Shown here piece after piece: positions 29,819-32,000 of a stretch of 32,000 bases of DNA. The stretch lies in the NCBI GenBank assembly GCA_963843975.1, contig CAWJMG010000003.1, positions 1,950,001 to 1,982,000 on the forward strand, given 5' to 3'. A program made the position numbers and the translations under genes. A model generated the notes under the pieces. It was not told the origin of the DNA. It saw only the letters and a program-made list of their open reading frames with translations, and searched no databases. Origin of the DNA: an uncultured Actinomycetes bacterium (GTDB lineage: Bacteria; Actinomycetota; Actinomycetes; S36-B12; CAIYMF01). Numbering within the stretch: the stretch's first letter is position 1; the number at the start of each line of letters is the position of its first letter.

Positions 29819-30969
29819 GAGCCTCCCCCGGTGACGCGGTGCCAGCCCCGGGCCACGCGCCCGAAGAACGAGTCGTCGACAGACGCGACCGGCGGCGGCA
29901 GGGCCGAGAGCACAGACCGCGCAACGGTCATGGGGGCGAGCGCGTCGTCGGTGACGAGGGTGAGCACGGAGTCGTCGCACTCCCACACGACGGTGGCCGT
30001 GGAGGCCGGTGCCCGGCCGCCGCGCACCCAGGCTGCGAGGCCCGCGAGGTCGGTGAACGCGAACCCGCGAGCCTTGAGGCCCTCCGTGTCGCTGTCGGAC
30101 AGCGACCCCGGCAGCGTGAACAGCGAGGCGCTCACGAGCCCGTCCGAGAAGAGCTGGTGGATGACGGGGACGGCGCCGACCGAGCCGGCCGGCGCGCGAC
30201 GGGTCTCGACGAGCGTGAGGCCGCCGGGGAGGGAGTCGGGGCAGTCGCAGCCGGCCTGTCGGGCGGCCCGCAGGCCCGCGGCGTCGAGCTCGCCGCCCCA
30301 GGGGTCGTCAGCCTGCGTCGCCTCGGCACGGGCGACCGCGGCGGTGTCGGCCGACAGCACGATGGAGTCGAAGCCCGAGCGCACCCGGACGGCGCCCGTC
30401 GCATCGACGAGCTCCTTGCGCAGCAGCAGGCTCGTCGCGCTGTCGATCCAGTAGCGGGCAGCGGTCTCGCCGTCGGCCCCCACGGCCACGACCGCCTCCG
30501 CAGGGCGGCCGGCCACGGTGGCGTCCAGGTCGGCCTGACGGAGCACGCGGTAGTTGATGCGAAGGAGGTCGAGCTGGCGTCCCTCGTCGGCGAACGAGCC
30601 GCTGCGGCCGTCGGCCGCGAACACGGGCTGGCTCAGGGTGTCCGAGATGACGGTGGTCAGCGTCCCGCGGCCGGGCGCGTGCACGAGCGTGGTGCTCATG
30701 CGGCCGGCGCCGTCCTCGGCCGTCACCCGTCCTGAGTAGGCGACGGTGCTGGACGCCTTCGCGGAGCGCTGCAGCAGCTGGACGGCCACCTCGTCGTCGG
30801 GGGTCATCGCGTCCTTGTCGGACACCGACACGGCGTCGACGGAGCCGGTCCAGCCGGCCCAGCCGTCGCCGGTCGCCTGCACCTGCGAGCCGCCCACGGC
30901 GGACAGCGCGCAGAGCACGAGGACCGCCGTACCGGCAGCACCGGTCACGACGAGAAGGCGAACGCTCAC
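29815..30969 (-). CDS. MucB/RseB-like sigma-E regulatory protein (exported)
   Basis: 384 aa with an N-terminal signal/anchor (LLVVTGAAGTAVLVLCALSAVGG). It shows RseB-like blocks: LLQRSAKASSTVAYSGRV (compare E. coli LLQQMNLASQSLNYELSF), NYRVL...VAGRPAEAVVAVGADGETAARYWIDSATSLLLRKELVDATGAVRVRSGF (compare YYDFI...IADRLCEVIRVVARDGTRYSYIVWMDTESKLPMRVDLLDRDGETLEQF), and LPGGLTLVETRR...HQLFSDGLVSASLF (compare LPQGFSEVSSSRR...SRLYSDGLFSFSV). Confidence 0.75.
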   Translation of the reverse strand: MSVRLLVVTGAAGTAVLVLCALSAVGGSQVQATGDGWAGWTGSVDAVSVSDKDAMTPDDEVAVQLLQRSAKASSTVAYSGRVTAEDGAGRMSTTLVHAPGRGTLTTVISDTLSQPVFAADGRSGSFADEGRQLDLLRINYRVLRQADLDATVAGRPAEAVVAVGADGETAARYWIDSATSLLLRKELVDATGAVRVRSGFDSIVLSADTAAVARAEATQADDPWGGELDAAGLRAARQAGCDCPDSLPGGLTLVETRRAPAGSVGAVPVIHQLFSDGLVSASLFTLPGSLSDSDTEGLKARGFAFTDLAGLAAWVRGGRAPASTATVVWECDDSVLTLVTDDALAPMTVARSVLSALPPPVASVDDSFFGRVARGWHRVTGGGS

Positions 30970-30979
30970 GTCAGGGATC

Positions 30980-31591
30980 TCACGGCCGGTCGGACGAGCC
31001 GGACCCGCTGTCGTACGCCGCGGTGATGACGAGCGGCCCGGAGAACGGCATGCGCTGCGTGGAGGCCGAGTGCTCGTCGGCGAGGGCGTCGACGACGGGG
31101 GCGATCGAGGACGAGGCCGCAGGGGCCGGACCGCTCACGGCCGCGGGAGCGCCGCCGACCACGGCAGCCATCGCCAGAACGGCCACACCCGCAGCCGAGC
31201 CGACAGCGGTGCGGACGCGCCTGCGGCGGCTCGCGGGGCGGCTGGACGGCACCGGGGCGCCGGGTCGTACGCCGGCCGAGCCAGCGGGACGGGAAGCGCC
31301 CTGGACCGGCACGACGGGCGGGACGAACGGGCGCGCGGCCTCGGTCTCGGCGGCCGGGATGCCGAGCAGGCGGGCCATGAAGTCGTCAGACGGACCGGGC
31401 GCGGGCGTCTCGAGCGCGGCGGACGCAGCCCGCTCGGCGTCGAGCGCGACGCGGCAGCGGTCGCAGACGGCCACGTGCGCGAACGCCGTCTCGGTGTCCG
31501 CGGGCGAGAGCCGGCCGTCGGCGAGGTCGGCGACGCGGTCGCCGAGGCAGCCGCCGTTCGGGCGGCCAGGGAGGCCCGGGAGAACGGTCAC
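30980..31591 (-). CDS. rseA: zf-HC2 anti-sigma factor (RseA-like), single-pass membrane protein
   Basis: H-x3-C-x2-C motif ([11 protein letters not shown]) sits near the N-terminus, with a central TM segment ([18 protein letters not shown]). GTG 31591 overlaps the sigE TGA (GTGA 31588-31591). Confidence 0.8.
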   Translation of the reverse strand: MTVLPGLPGRPNGGCLGDRVADLADGRLSPADTETAFAHVAVCDRCRVALDAERAASAALETPAPGPSDDFMARLLGIPAAETEAARPFVPPVVPVQGASRPAGSAGVRPGAPVPSSRPASRRRRVRTAVGSAAGVAVLAMAAVVGGAPAAVSGPAPAASSSIAPVVDALADEHSASTQRMPFSGPLVITAAYDSGSGSSDRP

Positions 31592-32000
31592 GTCGTGCCC
31601 CCTGCGGCGTCGTGGCCGAGCGGGAAGCGGACGGCGGTCTTGGGGGTGCGGTGAGCCAGCGCCTGACGCAGCGCGGCCCGGCCGCGGTGGATGCGCGAGC
31701 GCACCGTGCCGAGCTTGATGCCGAGGAGGTCCGAGATCTCCTCGTACGTCATGCCCTCGACGTCGCACAGCACCACGGCCACCCGGAAGTCCGGGTGCAG
31801 GGCGTCGAGCGCGCTCTGCACGTCGGCGTCGTACGCGCGGTCGTCGAGCAGCTGCTGCGGCCCGACCTCGCGGGACGGGATGCGGTCGGCAGCGTCGTCG
31901 GGCAGCCCGTCGAACCGGATCCTGGCCTTGCGGCGGACCTGGTCGAGGAAGAGGTTGGTGGTGATGCGGTGCAGCCAGCCCTCGAAGCTTCCCGGGCGTG
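31588..32000 (-). CDS. sigE: ECF RNA polymerase sigma factor SigE, C-terminal ~137 aa (5' end beyond the window)
   Basis: The frame is open to the window edge. Region 2 is [24 protein letters not shown]. Region 4 is [44 protein letters not shown]. It is followed by the anti-sigma gene. Confidence 0.9.
   Translation of the reverse strand, partial: RPGSFEGWLHRITTNLFLDQVRRKARIRFDGLPDDAADRIPSREVGPQQLLDDRAYDADVQSALDALHPDFRVAVVLCDVEGMTYEEISDLLGIKLGTVRSRIHRGRAALRQALAHRTPKTAVRFPLGHDAAGGTT

Noticed and set aside
1-32000. CRISPR arrays, tRNA/rRNA genes, integrases, toxin-antitoxin pairs and recognisable phage-defence operons.
   Set aside because: I saw no spaced direct repeats, no cloverleaf-capable AT-richer segments, and no family motifs for these classes in any intergenic region or ORF. 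The only mobile DNA recognised is the IS30 element.

Overview
This is a very GC-rich (roughly 70% by eye), densely coding actinobacterial chromosomal window with about 33 genes on both strands. I saw no rRNA, tRNA or CRISPR array. The high GC content gives long overlapping ORFs in most frames. I called the frame whose translation has normal composition and recognisable family motifs, and trimmed starts to ATG/GTG codons with an SD sequence or a stop/start overlap. No searches were run, so all family assignments come from motif recognition.

Left third: a partial APC permease, a HutC-type GntR regulator and a fused DAO-GcvT (dimethylglycine-oxidase-like) enzyme, with a near-perfect TGGTCTAGACC operator in front of the enzyme gene. 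Next comes a block that, as I recall it, resembles the mycobacterial rhlE neighbourhood: alpha/beta hydrolase, unknown protein, TetR, DUF3107, ferritin-like protein, DEAD-box helicase, orphan ParA/Soj.

Middle: a MarC plus Cas4-like PD-(D/E)XK nuclease operon whose upstream region is interrupted by a complete IS30-family element. It is followed by Nudix, DUF2332, a YflT-like membrane protein, and an acyl-CoA dehydrogenase coupled to a CitE/malyl-CoA-lyase-like gene with a 1-nt frameshift.

Right third: a split MgtE-like sensor plus DUF1003 pair, an orphan PilB/GspE-like protein, Mrp/ApbC, an APH-like kinase, and a sigE envelope-stress cluster.

Best candidates for something new:
- The orphan PilB/GspE-like protein has two textbook MshEN c-di-GMP-binding motifs, but its Walker A, Walker B and His-box are all degenerate.
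- The sigE cluster reads sigE, zf-HC2 anti-sigma, RseB/MucB-like, LmeA-like (frameshifted), htrA, tatB, with an ECF-type promoter in front of htrA.
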